From Octopus vulgaris (Eukaryota): a DNA stretch of 64,000 nucleotides. Both the position numbers and the translations under genes were made by a program. Where the stretch lies: the NCBI GenBank assembly GCA_951406725.2, contig OX597816.1, positions 175,584,001 to 175,648,000 of the forward strand, read 5' to 3'. The notes beneath the pieces were generated by a model that saw only the letters and a program-made list of their open reading frames with translations, was not told where the DNA came from and searched no databases. Shown in pieces: positions 48,901 through 62,545 of this stretch; positions within the stretch are counted from its first letter, which is position 1, and every line of letters begins with the position of its first letter.

Positions 48901-50362
48901 GTGTGTGAATATATATGGATCACTTTCACCATTATTTTAATATCTATTTTTTCATGCTTGCTTGGGTCGGACAGAATTTGTTGAGACAGATATTCTTATG
49001 GCTGAATAGATTTCTTGTTGCCAACTTCTAAGCAAGTTAATATTTCCCTATGGCCAGGCATGTTTTTGAAAAATACTGAAAATGAATGATACTCATTTAC
49101 AGCTATCATCTCAAACCATATACTCACACACATATACTAATGTCTATTTTGGTATGGTTTATATGGTTGGATGTCCTTCATAATGCCAACTAATTTACTG
49201 GATGCTTTTTTCATGCTACTAGTGATGATTGCTCATAACTTGCAAGGCCTCCTATGAGGGAGATCAGAGACACAGGGAAGAAAGGATGCAGAAGTATGGC
49301 ACTGAACCGGGATTCGTGACAGGGCTGAGAAAAAGGGGAAATAAAGTTGAAAAGGTGATGGGATGGGTTGCATGTGTGGGTAGGTTAGGGGTATCCAAGA
49401 TTATAAAGAATGAGTATGGATCAACGGTGTGATGGAAAAGAGACAGGAAGAAAGTGCAATGTACACACACATGAAAACTTATGATAAAATTAAATGTAAC
49501 CAAAACAGACAATTTCAACTTAATATGTACTGTTGTGAATATCCTCGCTGCACATACTAAGTGTTAAGTACTTCAGTGAGAAGAAAAGGTCAAAGATTCA
49601 TAATATTGATTGTTGTTCTATTGTTCTGAGAACTTTGAAATTATTTCCGGTCTTTACACCATTTTGTCACTTTCACAACTCAGACTTCACCATGTTTTTC
49701 TGGCAATCCATCCCTCTCCCATCTATAAGTAAACACTCCATTCCCACTCACCTGCACAACCTACCCCATTTCCAAAACTAATATTTTGTCACCTAATTAC
49801 TCCTTCTACCACTCTTAAGTAGCTTGAGGCAGAAAATGTTATTTAATCTGGAGATAAGCCACAGATAAACAGATTATCATCTTCATCATTACTACTACTG
49901 CTGCTGCTAGCAAGCCAGTGTTTTATCTGAATCTCCAGTGAGGTGGAGGAGATGAAATATTGGAGCAGGTGCAAATGCAGGTGGCGCTGGCAATAGTAGC
50001 GTTGGTGGTGACAGTCACTAAGCATACTTAAATCTTTGGAAGAGTGTCTTAAACTAAATAATTAAATCATTTCTCCTTACTCTCTTCCCTGTTATCTATC
50101 TATCTTCCTTTTTCCTCAGCTGTTATCATTCAAAGACAGCTTCATCTAGACATATACAAAACTCCCCTCTCTCCCACACTTTCTCGTGCACATACACAGA
50201 CAATAAAACATCTACAAATTTTCATAAACACACTCGTTAAAGTAATTGAGATTGTCATACAGTCATTCCACTTTGTCTACTCCTATTGAAATATTATCAC
50301 AACAAACTAGACAGCAAAACAAGTGCACCATGCATTAATTTCCGTACTGCACTTATATCCAA

Positions 50363-50794
50363 CTAGCAGCATAGCCCGGCGTTGCCCGGGTATGTAAGAG
50401 CCCCTAGTAGGCAACGACTAATCCCAATCGGGTCCTTTCCCTCTAGGGAACGAAGGCACATGTGTAGGTTGCAATGTCTTCTCTTCACTCGAATACTTCT
50501 GTGTATACGATGTTCCTAGCTGTCCCTTTGGGCGATAAAAAGGTCGAGTTGTGTCCCCTAGACAGAAAATGTGTTGCATATAAAAAGCTTAGATTCTCGA
50601 CCCCATGTCGAATTTATCGATTTTTTTCAGAACTGGGGGAACTTTTCAAAATTTTCGCTGCGTTAGTTTTGAATTATGACATTGGGCTATGTGTGTGTCA
50701 AGTTTCATCAGAATCGGTTGAAAGCCGTGGTCAGGGTGAGGGTACAACCTGACAGACACACAGACAGACAAACTGCCGTTTATATAGAGAGAGA
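50363..50794 (-). mobile_element. Non-autonomous Helitron
   Basis: 5' TCTCTCTCTATATAAA; 3' hairpin CCCGGGCAACGCCGGG followed by CTAG; A|T insertion site. Confidence 0.9.
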
Positions 50795-51319
50795 TAAAAG
50801 AGAGGTAATTCTGGTTTACTCAGAATCATCTGCTTGGCTATCTCAATATGACAGAACTGCCTGAACTGAGTGGGACAAATTAGGAATAGCTGATATTCTT
50901 TTGATAGTAATGATGTTGTTTAACTAATTCCACTCAGTGTGACATGGAAGTTATTTGTCAACATTTTTCTTTCCTACTGCACAACTTTTGTCCATGGGAT
51001 GATTTGCACACAGCTCTGCATGGAGAAAAAGCACTAAAGCATGCTGTAAAATGTATGATTTGAAGCTTGGTGTGAGCTGAGAGAGTGACTGGGAATTGGA
51101 CAGTGTGTGCAAGACAAGCACTTGCATTAATAAGAATAGGGGATAGATAAATTTCATTAAAGAATTCTGATGAAATTTACTCAAGTGAATTTAGGGAGAG
51201 GAAATTCTGTTCATTTGTTCCTGACTATAACTAAACTCAGGATAGTGAAATACTAAAATTTGAATATATGAAGTCTGATGTTCTATCTTCACTTAGCGAA
51301 TAAAAGCAATAAGTTAAAA

Positions 51320-51652
51320 TCTCTGCCAAGGTAACACCAACGTCCTCTCAATTAGCCAGAGATGATTTTTAAAATGAGAATATCTGGAATAAACTCAACT
51401 TCTTTCATAAACGAGAATACTAAAAATGAACCCAACCGCTCTCAAAAAATAAGTAAAAAAGCAGGAAAAGTAATCCAGAATCCTTGTCTGATACCGGATT
51501 GGTCCCAAAATCTAATCAGTTTGTGCCAGTCATGAGGCCAAACATCCCTGAAAGTTTCATCCGAATCCATCCAGCGGTTCTTGAAATATCTTGTCCATGG
51601 ACAAACAAACAAACACAACTGAAAACAATACCTCTGCCTTCGCTAAGGTAAT
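51320..51652. mobile_element. Helentron/HINE-like non-autonomous element
   Basis: CTCTGCC(AAGG) near both ends, AAGTTTCATCCGAATCCATCCAGCGGTTCTTGA core, (ACAA)n, partial terminal hairpin. Confidence 0.55.
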
Positions 51653-52757
51653 CATGCATTTTTTTTTTTTATATTCACACAAACTCGTAGATTTGTAGTG
51701 GGTAGTATTATTGAATGCATTACTTCAGTATAATATTGATACTGGTTTTATTGATCATGAAATGATGAAAATCAAATTTATTCTGACAAGATTTGAAGTT
51801 AGTGGATAATGGGGGGAAAAAAACTAAATACTTCAGGCCATTTAGTATGATATTCCATTTCTACATCACTTTTTCTTTTGAAATAATAGTAATTCTTTCT
51901 CACCTTGGAACAAGGCCATACATTTTGGAGAGATGCAGTTGATTTAATTAGCCATGGAACTTATTTGTCAGATATTTGTTTTTTTCCCACCCTTGGACAA
52001 TGAGAGCAAATCAATCCTGACGTGATTTGATTTCCAAATGTAAAGAAATACAATTCTGTCCATCACAACAGATTCTGCTACTTTTATCAGCAACAATAAT
52101 AAAGGAGAAAAATGGCTGAGTACACAAAGTAATTACCACTTGAATAATTATGCGTCCAGATCTGTTACTACCTTTTCTTTGTTTGAGCAAGCTACTTTAT
52201 GATGCAGTTCATTTCTTCTGTCTGTGTTCACCATACCGTCTGATGCTAGGTACCTTTAGCTAACAACCAGGTCTTTTTGAACTTAACTTAATTTGTTCAA
52301 ACTTTGAACTTCTACAGCTCTTTAAAAGATTTTGCCATGACAATTAGGCAGTCAAGGGAAAAACTTCTTATACAATATATTTCTAGAATTCTTTTTTCTA
52401 AAGGTCTTGAATAAAAATGAGCAGGGGATAGAACCTTAGTGGTGACATAACTAGATTTTAAATTTCCTCTTAGTATCCAAGTAAATAACCTGGGCCATAT
52501 TCAAATCTTTCCTTACACAAAAAGGTTTGCTCATTGCCAAACTCTTCTCTGGTTCTATACTCTCAAACAAATGCAAACTGCCTCCTATCCAAGCTCCAGT
52601 ATCTTGCACTTCCTTTGCTAGGAGTCATTTGATGACAATTATTACTTGACTTGTTAACTTGATTACATGTAATTTTCCCCCTTGTTTAGCCCTAATCCAT
52701 CAGACCAATGATCAAAGAAATTTCAGTAGTGAACATGCTCTTTATTTTCATATAGTA

Positions 52758-53154
52758 CTAGTAATATTGCCCGGCGTTGCTCGGGTTTGTAAGGGAAATA
52801 ACTATATAAGCATATTTAGAGATGTAAAGTATAATAGCCATCTCAATATGGCTAACCACAAAGGAGGGGGTGTTACTGTAGCTTTTTACGTTCTGAGATT
52901 TAATAATAAATTTTTAGAGAGTTACTTCCCTTATATATGCCAAAAATGCATTAAAAATGTGAAAAATTGATGGTAAATTTTTTAAAAATCGTAGACTCAT
53001 CGTAGATGCGTGCTAATACCCAGAAGGGCTTGATATGAATCACGACTATAAGATACCCGGTTTTGGTTAAACTGCACCGCAAAATGTGGGAGTAGTTAGG
53101 AATCTAAATCGTAGGAGACAGACAGACACACAACCTCTCTTTTATATATAAAGA
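52758..53154 (-). mobile_element. Non-autonomous Helitron
   Basis: 5' TCTTTATATATAAAAG; 3' hairpin CCCGAGCAACGCCGGG followed by CTAG; A|T site. Confidence 0.9.
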
Positions 53155-53942
53155 TATGTAGAACTTCATTAGCTGATATATTTTTCCCTTTTAAGGAGCT
53201 GGTGTATAATTTGAAGAAGATTTGGTTGAAATTCAAGAAAGACTGCAAAGAAAGGTTTTATAAGAACTTCCAAGCTACCCTAGACAAGATATCTTATGTG
53301 TCCTTTTATAAGATGGTAGGGTGCAGACTGAAGGTTATTTGTCTATTATTTCTAACAGATCAAGTAACCATATAGAAGCTTTCAATGGCTATTAAGAAAA
53401 ATTTATATATGCAGCATAATGTTGCAGTGGAGGAACAGTAAGTACAAATTTTTCACTTCCTTCTCTCTGGAAAATAGGAGCTATCATATAAGGTTAATAA
53501 ACTGTTATAATTTTGTGGTTGAAATAGTAAATGTAAGATACATGAAGATGTGATTTTGGGGAGAGAAGAGTGAGCAATAGTATTTAATATAGGCTTGAGA
53601 GAAAATAAAACATAATGTGTGTGAGTGATAAGAATAGGATAAATGAAGGCATCTTTTTTGGATAAATATCACTAGGAAAACATAGATTGTGAGGCAAACA
53701 TAGTACTGTGTAAAGAAAAGAGGACAAAGTGATTTGTAAAGGTCCTCATAGAGAGGCGAAATACTATGGGGATATTTCAGTTTGCTAGTTCAGAGGATGA
53801 GAGACTATTGTAGTGGTGAAAGAAGAGACAGAAAGAAGACAGTATATTGATAGCAGAGCAATTGTTGTGATTGTTGGAACAGACTTATAATCTATCTACT
53901 GTGGGCAAGCTTTACTTTTTTCAGATATAATGTATTGATAAC

Positions 53943-54890
53943 TATGAAGAGGTACCCAAAAGTAACTGGAAACATTTTATGTGGAACAAGCTCACTGTAG
54001 CTCAGGCTTCACTACTAGAAGTCACTTGATGTGACCCTCAGACATCAGTCTGCCAACTAGTAGGAAATGTGCATTGAGTGAAGTGCAATGTCAAGAAGAA
54101 GCTGATTTGTTTTATTGATCATCATCATCATCATCATCGTTTAACGTCCGCTTTCCATGCTAGCATGGGTTGGACGCTTCAACTGGGGTCTGGCGAGCCC
54201 GAAGGCTGCACCAGGCCAGTCAGATCTGGCAGTGTTTCTACAGCTGGATGCCCTTCCTAACGCCAACCACTCCGAGAGTGTAGTGGGTGATTTTATGTGC
54301 CACCGACACAGGTGCCAGACGAGGCTGGCAGACGGCCACGCTCGGATGGTGTTTTTTATGTGCCACCGACACAGGTGCCAGACGAGGCTGCTGAGAAAAA
54401 AATTGTCCACACAGAATTTGTTCATCCTGGTCATACTGTTAACCAGACATTTTGCTTGGCAGTTCTGAAGCGGTTGCGAGATGCAGTGAGATAAAACGCC
54501 CCAAACTGTGGCAAAGTGGAGAGTGTTGGTTTCATCATGACAATGCACTTGTGTCCACTGCCTTGAGTGGGAGACAGTTTTTGACCCAAAATGGCATGAC
54601 CCCACTTACCCATCCTCCCTAATCCCCTGATTTTGCTCCCCGTGATTTTTTTTGTTCCCCTGAATCAAAAAGTCCCAAAGGAAAATGTTTTGCAGATGTG
54701 GAAGAGGTGAAGAAAAAACACAACAGAGGCGTTAAAAGGTATCACTTCACAAGAGTTCCAGGATTGCTTCGAACAGAGGAAATCAAGTCAAATGGAGAAC
54801 ACTTTGGAGGTGATAAAAGTGTAAACATGTAAAACTAAGTGAAGAAAATGATATTGCAAAATTCTGGTTTCTTTTGGTTACCCACTCATA
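53943..54890 (+). mobile_element. Mariner transposon, internally deleted, with nested RTE 3'-UTR element (54118-54390, minus)
   Basis: Imperfect TIRs TATGAAGAGGTACCCAAAAG / CTTTTGGTTACCCACTCATA; IVHTEFVHPGHTVNQ..LKRLRDAVR, HHDNA, HPP.SPDFAPRDFF. Confidence 0.9.
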
Positions 54891-54901
54891 TATTAACTTA
54901 T

Positions 54902-55202
54902 GTGGAGGCGCAATGGCCCAGTGGTTAGGATGGCGGACTCGCAGTTGTAGGATCGCGGTTTCGATTCCCAGACCAGGCATTGTGTGTGTTTATTGAGCTT
55001 AAACACCTTAAAAAGCTCCACGAGGCTCCGGCAGGGGATGGTGGTGATCCCTGCTGTATTCTTTCTCTCACTCTTTCATCTGTTGGCCTGCTCGCTTAGC
55101 CAGCGGGGTGGCATCATTCAAAGGCTAAAACAATGCGAATGCGTTGTGACCAGTGATGTGTAGCAACATCTGATGGTCTGGTTGGTCACGTGATCACGTG
55201 AT
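54902..55202 (+). mobile_element. SINE family B'
   Basis: Same head; GTCACGTGATCACGTGAT tail; TSD ATATTAACTTAT. Confidence 0.9.
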
Positions 55203-56007
55203 ATTAACTTATATCTTCGTTATTCCTTATAGAGTGTGATATGAAGATTTGGCTGCTTTTCCTTGTAGGGCAAACAACTATATAAAATGATGGTGAATGA
55301 TGACTTTTCTTTAATGCACGTGAGACTGTATGTGCATGTTTGGTGAGTCCATGTTGCTAACAATCTTGGGAAATGCATGTACATCACACCATCTCATTTT
55401 ATCTGTCTCCATATACCTGAGATATTGTGTTTATGCAAGAATTAAATATAGACCAAAAGGAAAAGCTAATAGTTTAAAATACTTAGACTAAAAATGGAAT
55501 TTGGAAATTATTGATAATTGTAATAACAAGGACACATTTTGGATAAGATTACAGAACATTTAACCAACCCCAATATATGACAAGTACTTATTTTATTAAC
55601 CTAGAAGGATGAGAATAATTAGATATCACAAAACATTTATTTCAGCATTCTGCTGACTTGGCTATCACTAATAATAATTGTTTTTAATTTAGGCATAAAC
55701 CATCAGTTTTGGGGGAGGAGGTTTAGTCAATTACATTGACCCTACCCCCACACTTGATTGGAACTTTATTTTATTGGGCGAGATTTGAATTTAGTATGTA
55801 AAAAGTCATAACAAAATGCTGCAAAGCATTTTCACCAACACTAATGATGCTGCCAATCTACCACCGAAGACAATAAGGATAACAACAACGGAACAAATTG
55901 TAGGAGAGAACTATAGAGCTCTCCTGTTTCTGCTATTTATTTTATTCAACCAAGAGGGCTGAACAGCCATGTCCTATCTGGTTAAGATATGAGCTTAAAA
56001 CATAAAG

Positions 56008-56156
56008 GGCCGCCGAGGTCGACTTTGCCTTTCATCCTTTCGGGGTCGATAAATAAAGTACCAGTTACGCACTGGGGTCGATTTAATCGACTTCATCCGT
56101 TTGTCTGTCCTTGTTTGTCCCCTCTGTGTTTAGCCCCTTGTGGGCAGTAAAGAAAT
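56008..56156 (+). mobile_element. SINE family C, 5'-truncated young copy
   Basis: CCGCCGAGGTCGACTTTGCCTTTCATCCTTTCGGGGTCGATAAA..GCCCCTTGTGGGCAGTAAAGAAAT. Confidence 0.9.
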
Positions 56157-57623
56157 ATATAAATTAATGGCACTTTGGGTAGGTGTCTTCCACTATAGCC
56201 CCGAGCCGACCGGAGCTTTGTGATTGAATTCGGTAGGTGGAAGTTACTGCCGTGTGTGTATGTGTGCGTATAGCTGCTCAGTGCCTCTCCGAAAGAGAGA
56301 GAGGGAGAGGGAAGGGGATGGAGAGAGAGAAAGAGAGACTTGATAGGTATGAAAATAAAATGGGAAGCTCTTAGACAGGCGTACAAGTAAGCCAAGGTGG
56401 TCAAACTGGAGAGACCAAGTAAAGCAAGAGAGATACGTTACATGCAGACAAGGACAATATGTGGTAAGTCTATGATATGGTGAACAGGTCAGTTGATATA
56501 CAAGTGGTGAAAGTGAGCTAGAGTGTAGGAAGAGAGCAGTGAATAACTGTATTCCAAAAGTGTCCCAGATAGAAAAATATATTGCTCCTACTTTTTCCCT
56601 CTGATCCATGTTCAGTGAAATAATATAAACAAGGGAAATCAATGATAATGATAATAGAATAACAAAATATAAAAGTAAAACAAACAACAGGACAAAAAGT
56701 ACTGCTACTATCATCACCACTACTGACTTAAGTCAACAAGGACATATCTTGGTAGTCACTCAACCAGCTAGAAATAGTAGCCAGATTGCCCTCAACTTAC
56801 ATTCTAAATAACAATTCCAACAATCAACTGTTTCTGTTATTTTCAAGAAACGCAAGGCTGGTCTTATTTCAGCCTCATTCTATGTCCCTTTCTTTTCTTT
56901 TCTTTAAATATAAAAAAACAAAACAAAAATAAAACAAAACTAAACAAAACTTGATCCCAGAACAAGCCATTGAGGAAGCTACTATGCAGCCAGTCAGCAT
57001 AGCAGAAACAGCAGCTAAATCTCTCTCAAATCCCATTTTAGAAAATTTTTTTAAGAAGGAAGGACTCGCTGGATAATGTGGTCCTAGATATACTCTATCT
57101 AAAAACATTAAAAAAATATGGTAGTTAATGACTGAAACATCTTTAATCATAAGTCTGCTTCAACCACAACAGACCCCAGAAAGTAGCCATTTGCTATAGG
57201 CATCTGCAAAGGTGTTAATCAATTTCAGTCTGTTTCTACCGGAATGAGAAGAAAATACTCTTCTAGCTTTATTAATATCTAGATATTCTTCATTAATATA
57301 TATCACAACAACAATGGCAAAGGCCACATAAACAATTTGAGAATAACTCTTGATAATTCAATTAGTTAACCTCTAACCACATTTCTTTCTTTATTGGCAT
57401 TTCAGCATGGTTAGAAATATATTAAAGCATCAACATCTCTTTAAGAACATGTGTACATGTATGCACGAGCACACACACACACAGCTTGTGGAGGAAAAGC
57501 AAATGAAAAACATATATCATGTCACTTATTTACACATACAATGAAGACAAAACATAACATGAGTAACTTACTCTCACAGGCAGACACACTCTCACTCAAT
57601 GCAATAGGAAATCACTCACTCAC

Positions 57624-57641
57624 CTTTGTATCAGGATCCAT
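57624..57641 (-). CDS. Putative start-codon exon end (MDPDTK) of a minus-strand host gene
   Basis: GGC-ATG-GAT-CCT-GAT-ACA-AAG|GTGAGT: good Kozak context and consensus donor, preceded by unique UTR-like sequence with an acceptor cctccttcag at ~58202. Confidence 0.45.
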
Positions 57642-58974
57642 GCCTATTGCTGGGAGTTGTGCACGTGTGTGTGTTGTAGGGATAACAGTCAGATGAAAGC
57701 TAGTATAGGTGTGTGTGTGTAAGGTATATAGGTATATAGGGAGATAAATTGATAGTTAAGAGAGTGTGTACAGGTATTGCATAGGGATGTTAAAAATCTG
57801 AATAGCACTGTAAACTATCAGTTCCGATCACCATGACAATCAAATGCAAAATCTACAGAAATTCAAAACCGCCTCTTTTAATAGCAAGAACACTGCTACA
57901 GTCACTACCAAGCATAGCAGCAATAAATACAAATCAACAATGATCAAAGTAAAGAGTTAAATAATTTTTGTTGTTCTTGCTTTTGTCTTGTGAATAGTTG
58001 TGTATGTTGTGGTGATGCAGATGCAGCAGGTTTTGCACAGTTTCATAATCTCACTTCATCCAACGAGCAGAGTGACTATAGAAGTCTTTTGATCATCAAT
58101 GAGATGGAATCAGTCCAGTTGTCTTCCATTTCAGCATGCAGTTTGTGTGCATGCAGTGAATATGACGCTACACAGGACTGGCTGATCATCTGATTGACTG
58201 ACTGAAGGAGGGAGGGGGGTGGGGGCAAAGGGAGAGAGAGAGAGATGAAGGAGGAGGAGGAGGAGGTGGAAGAGGAGAAGGAAGAGAAATGTGAAAACGC
58301 AGGAACAATGAAAAGGAAAAAGAGGGAAGAGTGGAATCAGATGAGGAAGAAGAAAGAAGAGAAAAGGTATGTTTAGTAAAAAAGAAAAAAAAAAGAGTGG
58401 GAGGAAGAAAAGGAAGAGAATGAAAATAGAAGAGATTTGTGGATTATAATGAAAGAGAAGAGAGGAGGAAAGAGGTGAAGAAAAGGGATTAGAGGAAAAG
58501 GGAATAAAGGAAGAACAAGGACTCCAAATATTAGAAGGGGGGAGGGTGACTGTAGGATGTGAATATGTGTGTGTGTGTGTGTGTGTGCTAGTAAAAATGT
58601 GCGTGTGTGTGTGGGGGGGTAGAGATAGAGATAGATCAATTGATTGATAGACAGACAGACAGACACATAGGGTATGTGAGACATAGAAGATATAGAGAGA
58701 GGGAGAAAACTAGAGAGGGGGGATAGCAGGAGGAAGACTAATACCTAAACACTGTATTATGGCTTCGTTACAATTTGTCTGTCGGAGACTTCCTACCTGT
58801 CTGGCTGTCAGTCAGACTGCCATTGTGTCTGTTGTCTCTGAAACCATTCAGAAGACATCAATGTGGTGCTGCTTGCTGCAACTGCTTATACTATTACTAC
58901 TATTACTACTATTACTACTATTACTACTACAGCTACTGCTACCACCACCACCACCACCACTGCCAATAACACTG

Positions 58975-59200
58975 TAAGGCCGACAAGGTGGCAGAATCGT
59001 TAGCACGCCGAGCGAAATGCTTAGCAGTATTTTGTCTGCCGTTAAGTTCTGAGTTCAATTTCCGCCAAGGTTGACTTTGCCTTTCATCCTTTTGGGGTTG
59101 ATTAAATAAGTACCAGTTGTGCACTGGGGTCAATGTAATCGACTTAATCCCGTTGTCTGTCTTTGTTTGTCCCCTCTATGTCTAGCCCCCTGTGGGCAAA
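58975..59200 (+). mobile_element. SINE family C full-length copy
   Basis: Colinear with 25260 and 61889. Confidence 0.9.
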
Positions 59201-60439
59201 AAAAAAAGCAATAAATAAAACTGCAAAAGAAGCTAAGGGAGAGTGGAAGAGAGAGAGAGAGAGAGAGAAAAAAGAGAGGAAAGATGGCTAGAAATGAGAA
59301 TTTCTCAGGGGAATGTTTCAGGTGACACCCGGGTATATTTATGTGTGTTTGGGGTGTAGGAATGAAAAAAAAATGGCATCTGCTGCATGTACAACTGTGC
59401 TGTGATTGAAGTAATTGCTTCATTGTTACCTCTACTCCAACTGCTAACAAGATCCTACACAGGTAAGAAAAATGTCTAATGGGTTGTTGAGAGGAAGAAT
59501 GGCAATGCCCATGACCCTTCTCAGCGCTTCAGAGACTAGCAGGAAGAAATTATCATCAGAAAGGAGACATGGCTTAAGTACTTGCAACAGAATAGGCTTC
59601 GTTAAAGGTACTGATAGGCTAGGTTGTGGTGGAAACAAGGCAATGGGCTAAATGTACTTCTAAAGGTTAAAAGGCAAAGGCAAGGGACACTTATAATTTT
59701 CTCCAGGTAAAATTGTTTCAAACTAATGAAATCAACCAGAGCACTTGATTGGTACATCACCACTCCAGAAGAATGAAAGTCATGAATGAAAGTCCCTGGT
59801 AGGATCTGAACACTGAATGTAAAGATGTATTTATACAAAATATTGTAGAATAATAACACTACCTTCAGCTGCTCCTGATATAACCACTGTCACCACTATA
59901 TACTATTATGAGAAGAGAGAGCTGCTATAGAGTCACTTGTTACTCTGCTAGAAAGAGCAGCACTCAAATCACACACACACACATAAAAGGAAGAATACAT
60001 TGGATAAAAGAAAAAGCAAGATTATTCATGGTTTGTATTTCTTGTAGGTCTCTTAGATAACAACAGACCTGGAACTAAACAACAAGAACACCGATAATAA
60101 CATTATCCCCACCAATACAACCATTGCTAGTATCAATCATCAACATTATCAGAAGCAGTCCCCCCCCCACCACTGTTGCTGCTGCTGTCATTATCATAAC
60201 ATCAGTGACAGTCCTTTGACACCACCATCAACAATACCATCACGTAAATACTAACAGAAAAAACTAACACCACTACAGTCATAACTATACATTACCACTG
60301 TGATATTAACATTAGCATCAGCATAAATACATGAATACTAAGAGTCACTCCTACTACAACTACCAATAACAACAACAGTATTACTACAATCACCACCACC
60401 ACCACCAACCAAAAAAAGATAACCATTATGCAGTCTCTT

Positions 60440-60590
60440 GACTTAGTAGAAATGATATCCAGATCTCTTTCCCATCACAGGCTACCAGCTTAAAAATGGA
60501 ATGATACATTGGATAATGTAGTCCTAGATAAATTATGCCGTTGCTCATAGGCCTGTTCATTCAGGGCTAACATGGGGTAAAATTACAATA
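60440..60590 (+). repeat. Old interspersed repeat; related pieces at ~57000-57180, ~59930-60085 and ~61490-61625
   Basis: Shared TGGATAA.GT.GT.C.AGAT and AGAAA..GCAG...AATCT motifs. Confidence 0.6.
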
Positions 60591-60934
60591 CCAAGAACAA
60601 CCAAAACTACAACACTCTTACCATTACCATCATCAGAGTCAGTGGTGCTACAACCTACAGTCCATCACCATTACCATTTCCACTATTCTCATCCATACAA
60701 CTTCTATTATTACACTACACCACCCCATTGTCTTCACACATTACCATCATCAATACTACAATCATTGACTACTACCACCACCATCAATAATAAAACTAAT
60801 CACAGAAAGACAGTACATTAACAACTAAAACATTGATGTGCGGAAGGTCAATAGAAGAATGACTGGAAAGCTATCCAAAAATGAATAACAACATAGCAAC
60901 AATACTATAATCTCCAGCATTACTACCAATGTAT

Positions 60935-61152
60935 ATTTCTTTACTACCCACAAGGGGCTAAACAAGGACAGACAAAGGGATTAAGTCAATTCCATCGACC
61001 CCAGTGCGTAACTGGTACTTAATTTATTGACCCTGAAAGGATGAAAGGCAACGTCAACCTCGGCGGAATTTGAACTCAGAACGTAACGGCAGACGAAATA
61101 CTGCTGCTATGCATTTCGCCCGGCGTGCCAACGTTTCTGCCAGCTCGCCGCC
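60935..61152 (-). mobile_element. SINE family C copy
   Basis: Reverse complement of 61889-62118. Confidence 0.9.
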
Positions 61153-61888
61153 AATATAATGGTGACAGAAATGGTGACAGAAATGCCACCAGCACCACAA
61201 TCACCACTATATTAACACCAACAAGCTGCCAACAACTCCACCACTTATACTACCTATAACCACTACCAATAATACCTAAGCTGCTACAAATACTTCCCTA
61301 TCACCACTAAAACTGTTACCATCTCCATGCCAACATTGCCACTAGAACTGTAATCATCGTATCAACTCATCAATAGACTATCATATCGCATCAGTATGCC
61401 ATTGTATGATATCATACCATACCACTGTACTATTTATACCACAAATCAACAACAGAGTTTCTACATAATGGTTTGACAAATTGTAACCCAACCTCCTCCA
61501 TATAAAATCTTGCTGTCTTAAGAAATAAATCATATTGGATAACGTAGTTCAAGATCAACTATGTCTGAAAAGATGGGATAGTCATGGTTGGAATGGTTAT
61601 GATCAGGGCGGTCATGGGTTAAATAACTATTATATCACTATTACCATACTACAATCACAACCAGCACCTGCACTGTCATTAAGCCACCAGAAGATGCTCA
61701 TCAATGTATCACACCAGAACATGGTTAGGATACAAAGAATATTGATTTTACTGTGTTACCATGGCAAAAGCAATATCAGCTGCTCAACTGTTCTTTCCTC
61801 TTACTTCCCCTCTCCTTCCAATAAGCAGTGTATGTTGCATTTCACATAAAGAAAGCTGGCAAGAGTACAATATCAGACAGGAGTCTAA

Positions 61889-62118
61889 AGGCGGCGAGCT
61901 GGCAGAACCGTTAGCACACCGGGCGAAATGCTTAGAGGTATTGCGTCTGTCGTTGCGTTCTGAGTTCAAATTCCGCCGAGGTCGACTTTACCTTTCATCC
62001 TTTCGGGGTTGATAAATTAAGTACCAGTTACGCACTGGAGTCGATGTAATCGACTTAATCCCTTTGTCTGTCCTTGTTTGTCCCCTCTATGTTTAGCCCC
62101 TTGTGGGCAATAAAGAAA
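61889..62118 (+). mobile_element. SINE family C full-length young copy
   Basis: GGCGGCGAGCTGGCAGAA (A box), GAGTTCAAATTCC (B box), central domain, tail GGGCAATAAAGAAA. Confidence 0.92.
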
Positions 62119-62191
62119 CAAATATTAGACATGAGTTTCAATATCAGCACTGCCATTTGTGTGTATTAGAAAATGTGTGAATCTGTGCAAG

Positions 62192-62229
<38 letters not shown>

Positions 62230-62317
62230 GCAAAGCAGATAATGGAGCTTGGTGCAGTCTTCTGACTTACCATCTCCTATCAAACTGTCCATTTCATGCT
62301 AATACGGAAGATGGACA

Positions 62318-62545
62318 TTAACCCTTTAGTGTTTAAACTGGCCATATCTGGCCAAAGTTTTCTACCTATTTTATGTTTAAACTGACCAGATCAGGCCTCT
62401 CACACCTAACCTACATTGACATTCTAAAAATGAACAATCACATCATTGAAACCTCAAAGCTATAAGATAATGCATGATTAATTCAAAACAATTTGAGTGA
62501 AAAAGTATTACGTTTAACAGAGTAATCTGAAGACTAAAGGGTTAA
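62318..62545. mobile_element. piggyBac-type MITE inserted in the TTAA of an old RTE tail
   Basis: TTAA-CCCTTTAG...CTAAAGGG-TTAA; flanks rejoin as GGACATTAAATGATGA. Confidence 0.9.

Noticed and set aside
52517-52617. Minus-strand AG..GT open segment (KEVQDTGAWIGG...)
   Set aside because: Phase does not fit neighbouring candidates, the acceptor is weak and no domain is recognisable.
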